From Mytilus edulis (taxonomy: Eukaryota): a stretch of DNA of 64,000 nt. The position numbers were made by a program, and so were the translations under genes. The notes under the pieces are model-generated. The model did no database searches, was not told the DNA's origin, and was given only the letters and a program-made list of their open reading frames with translations. The stretch is from the NCBI RefSeq assembly GCF_963676685.1, contig NC_092353.1:20243307-20307306 (forward strand), read 5' to 3'. Numbering within the stretch: the first letter of the stretch is position 1; the number at the start of each line of letters is the position of its first letter. Of the stretch, positions 60,350-64,000 are shown in pieces.

Positions 60350-60500
60350 TTATAACTGAAAACAGAAATATATCATTACTATTTTATTTTCTATCTGAAA
60401 ACAGAAATATATCATTACTATTTTATTTTCTATCTGAAAACAGAAATATATCATTACTATTTTATTTTCTATCTGAAAACAGAAATATATCATTACTATA
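60350..60500. repeat. 39-bp ×4 tandem repeat immediately 5' of the PARP4 start codon. Each unit, read on the minus strand, ends in a polypyrimidine tract plus AG (…ATATTTCTGTTTTCAG).
   Basis: Unit CTGAAAACAGAAATATATCATTACTATTTTATTTTCTAT (plus strand). The last copy abuts TTATAAG-ATG of exon 1. Followed by a (TA)n microsatellite at 60540-60580. Confidence 0.8.
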
Positions 60501-61369
60501 ATATAATAACTAGCAATATATATGTAACTCACTAGATGTTTTATCTTAGATATATACATGTATATATATATATATACAAATCGAATCATTAGAATTTTAT
60601 CATATCAACCATGAGTAGGAGGCAGTATCACTTTACAGTAATACAGAAAGTTCTGTTTAGGAGGATTAATTGAGTAATGGCAATATTACAGCAATAAGTT
60701 TTCTGTACATGAGGAACTAGTTTTATTCAACATCCATGCACTTGTAGGTGTTTTTTATCTCATATTCTATGGATTGACTCATTTCTTATTTACATTTGTA
60801 TTTGCACTTAAAATATTATGAATGAACTTCTTTATAAATCTGTTTTTAGGTACATAGATATAGGAAGATGTGGTGTGAGTGCCAATGAGACAACTCTCCA
60901 TCCAAATAACAATTTAAAACAAGAGGCTGTCACAACGACAGTAAACCGGATTTATTAACATTTATTTGTGTCCTGGCAATATCACAAGAACCATTACTGA
61001 TGAATGGTGAAAGTGAAAATCGTCAATATCAAATTTGACCTCTATTTTGTCATTAGTATCAACATATTAAAATTTGAAAAGCTTAGACTGATATTTTTTG
61101 TCTAGTATTTCCATAAACTGAATTGATTTTAACAGCTAGATTACACTTGAAATCATTCTTCTGAGATAAAAGATTTTTTTTGGAGGGGTTAATAGGCTTC
61201 TCTTCGATGCCTTAGACACACACACACATTTCAGAAGCTGAAAATCACCAAAAATAATGTTAACCAACAAGCCATTGACCATTGATTGTGTTTATTATTG
61301 AAATACACCAAGGTAACAACATTTTTTGGTTGTAGGTCAAGTCAGAGTAAAAATAAAGTGAAACCCGAC

Positions 61370-61745
61370 CTATTAAGGTTCATGGGGACCCTTTGGCTAA
61401 AACTGCTGTATTTTCACCTCAAAATTCACTCTGAGTACAGACAAACCTGTGCATCTTGAAAAGTTTTAAGGCATAGCATGTTCTAGATAAATAGAATTGA
61501 AATGCATTGTATGATTTAATTTAACTGGATTTAGCTGTGTACTTTTTCGTCCCTGCAGATGATGATAAAATTAACAAACAAGTTTTTATTTTTCTAAAAC
61601 ATAAATCATATTTGAAATTTATTTATCTAGGGTATGCTATGCCTTAAAAATTTAACAGATGTGCAGGTTTGTCTGTACTCACAGTAAATTTTGAGGTAAA
61701 AATATGGCCTGATGATTTTAGCCAAAGGGTCCACATGAACCTTAA
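61370..61745. mobile_element. Foldback/MITE element with ~150-bp inverted arms separated by ~100 bp
   Basis: 61380-61505 is the reverse complement of 61600-61745 (…GGTTCATGGGGACCCTTTGGCTAAAACTGCTG… / …CAGCCAAAGGGTCCACATGAACC…). Confidence 0.6.
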
Positions 61746-62119
61746 ACGTCTCAAATTATCCTGAATAACTGAACAAGGTCTTTATGTAACGGTTTATTTC
61801 TTCCTCTGTGATATTTACTCGAATATTTCAGGAATTATTTTCAATGATAATTTGTAAAATTATTTGCCAATTTTTTAACAATTTAGCTTTAATTCAAATA
61901 CACTCTTAATATTTCATAATAAATAAATAGTATTTGTAAAGGTTAAGTTTTTTTCTAATAACTATTCAATAAGTTAACTACCCAGATAGAATTTCACAGC
62001 AAAGGAAAAAATATCCCAGGGAAATATTTTCCTCCGGATAAAAAAATAACAACAACTACTGTGACATTTTTACCTCCGGATCAAATTTCACCCAGATATA
62101 ATTTTGCTTTACATTTATG

Positions 62120-62550
62120 CCCCTCTTGCATGCTTAAATCCTAGTCCAAATAATTATGACGTCTGGCAAGGCTATTTTAATTTTTTTTCTGGGACGCCTT
62201 CCTACGTTATTTTTTATTCACTGGAAGTGTTGTTTCATTGATAACTGTGGGAAATCTTTTTGAAACAAAATAAACATTTGCCCGACTCAAATGGAATCGT
62301 ATCTTATTTTACCATTTCTTCTAGATATTTCTGGAAATATTTTACATCAATAAGCACAAAAACGGTAAGACTTTGTAACTACGTAAAAATTTTAAACCTG
62401 AAAGGAAAATTTTATGTCAAAATTAGGTCTCAAAGTTCCCCCCAAAGTTTGCTTTCAAACTCCAGACATAAAAATGACTTCGTAGGAAGGCGTTCCAGAA
62501 AAAATTAAAATAGCCTTGCCAGGCGTCATAATTATTTGGACTAGCTTAAA
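62120..62550. mobile_element. Foldback/MITE element with ~90-bp TIRs (GCTTAAATCCTAGTCCAAATAATTATGACGTCTGGCAAGGCTATTTTAATTTTTTTTCTGGGACGCCTTCCTACG…)
   Basis: 62125-62215 is the reverse complement of 62455-62545. Confidence 0.6.
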
Positions 62551-63359
62551 TCCTTGCCTTTATTCACAATTTGCTACTGTATATTTTTCATCATATTGAT
62601 CCATATTAGGTGAAAAAGTGTAAATCTGTTGAATCAAAATAAACTGAAACTTTAATTATTACTCACAGCAGGGTCATACATTGTATATATATTGACTTTA
62701 TATTATGTTCCCAGCTCACAGAAGATGAATTTTTTTATTTGTTCAGAATGTTATAAAAATGTAGTATACTAGACACCATATCATGATCCAATTATGTATT
62801 AATAATCTAGATTTCATCTGATATCATGTCTAAATTCATGTTCATATAATTGACTCATGACTATATAATACAAGTCAGTCATTTTTTGCTGATTTGAATC
62901 AGAGTCGTGAAACATGGAAATCCCCTTTTGTAGGTCAGCATAATATTTTTTACACGACGCATAAATATATCGACTCGGCACAAACAACAACTTTTACCTG
63001 CAGAGTTTTAAATATTATTGGAAACGTGATTATAACAACATGTGTAATAATTTGAAAGGTAAACACTGCGAATGTTGGCAAAAATTACATGTTTCAGTTT
63101 CTTCTGTCACAACTTCCTGTGTTCTAAATATAGAAATGATTTAAAGTTTCAATGGCGGGAATTTTAAAAGTAGTTTTCGTTATAAATTTCAGTTCAAACT
63201 TCGCGATTATTTCATATAAAACACATTTTAAAGTTAAATTTCCGAATTTGGAATGTGCAGTATTTCATGAGTGGTATAGTTTTCGTTATAATTTCAGTTC
63301 AAAATCAATTGACCAAATGAAAATTTCGCGATTATTTCATATAAGGGAGCTACCATATG

Positions 63360-63544
63360 ATTTTTAGGGGGGGGGGCTAGGATGAAATTTGAAAAAAAAA
63401 TAGGCAGGACAGGAGTTTTGAGTAAAAAAAAAAGGGCAGGATGAGACGCTTGCAAAAAAAAGAAGTCAGGATAAACTAAAAAAAAAAAAAATGCAGGACA
63501 GAGATTACAGCTAAAAAAAAATGCAGGACAACATTTTCATCCTA

Positions 63545-63575
<31 letters not shown>

Positions 63576-63580
63576 TTAAA
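63360..63580. repeat. Palindromic structure TTTTAG(G)9CTAGGATGAAATTT … AAATTTCATCCTAGC(C)n with an internal A-rich stretch containing GCAGGA(C/T) repeats. Flanked by a ~65-bp direct duplication (63205-63270 and 63595-63660).
   Basis: Direct inspection of G-run/C-run inverted repeat and flanking duplicated CACATTTTAAAGTTAAATTTCCGAATTTGGAATGTGCAGTATTTCATGAGTGGTAT. Confidence 0.55.
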
Positions 63581-64000
63581 ATCAAATGGTAGCCTCTAAA
63601 ACACATTTTAAAGTTAAATTTACGAATTTTGAATGTGCAGTATTTCATGAGTGGTATGAAAATGCTGGTTCTCCCCTAAGTCACAATTTTGCTCCTACTA
63701 TAGGACACTATACTGGCAAACGTACAGTAACATTCTCAAACTGAAAAGTGGTGAGAATGAATGCTGTATCGTTTGGATTGTAATGTTAGTAATAAATCTC
63801 AAATGACATTTGTACAAAAATTGGAATTATATTTATATCAAGAATAATGATTTATGTAACAAAATGCATGCTAGAGTGAGTGACCCATATTCGCCGCAAA
63901 ATTCGTTCATTTCCACTTTACATCCAACCTACATTCGAATATTTGGAACTTTTTATGTGGGTTTCAGAAATTTTACTATATGAAAAAAATGTTTGATAAA

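Noticed and set aside
60350-60589. ORFs 60169..60501 (+) and 60350..60589 (-) with ENRNISLLFYFLS / IENKIVMIYFCFQ repeats
   Set aside because: Translations of the 39-bp tandem repeat upstream of PARP4 exon 1. Not coding.

Overview
This window is AT-rich, intron-rich, repeat-dense eukaryotic (metazoan) DNA, not prokaryotic. The interspersed repeat families, for example the recurring 'gatgtggtatgattgccaatgagacaactc' motif, suggest a bivalve mollusc, possibly a mytilid mussel; that is an inference with low-to-moderate confidence. Every gene I can support is on the minus strand. (1) Coordinates ~60348 down to ~29480 hold a large multi-exon orthologue of vault poly(ADP-ribose) polymerase PARP4, with at least 26 coding exons: N-terminal BRCT, PARP catalytic core, VIT and vWA domains. 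Its 3' end is unresolved. (2) A calmodulin-like EF-hand gene lies at 26812-25599. (3) A CHMP4/Snf7 (ESCRT-III) gene lies at 25429-17997. (4) A SNAP-25-family Qbc t-SNARE gene has exons at 14371-13098, with possible further exons at 17320 and 9750. (5) An HSP70-family 3' gene fragment at 3634-385 carries an in-frame internal tandem duplication of its substrate-binding-domain exon; no nucleotide-binding-domain exons were seen. (6) A Glu/Arg/Lys-rich repeat ORF lies at 4987-4307. More than half of the window is mobile elements and satellites. These include a Transib-like TIR element with a 5-bp TSD; a Mutator-like element with a 9-bp TSD that carries a FLYWCH-type zinc-finger exon fragment; several composite Helitron/Helentron-like elements carrying a 480-bp satellite that ends in a (GACGRC)n tract plus a perfect terminal hairpin; several MITE families; foldback elements; and many mini/microsatellites. 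The most unusual observation is that three separate minisatellites in PARP4 are tandem duplications of splice junctions: the acceptor upstream of the first coding exon, and the donors of two internal exons. I found no rRNA, tRNA or CRISPR features. Exon coordinates were derived by hand from splice motifs plus remembered protein homology and may be off by a few bases.
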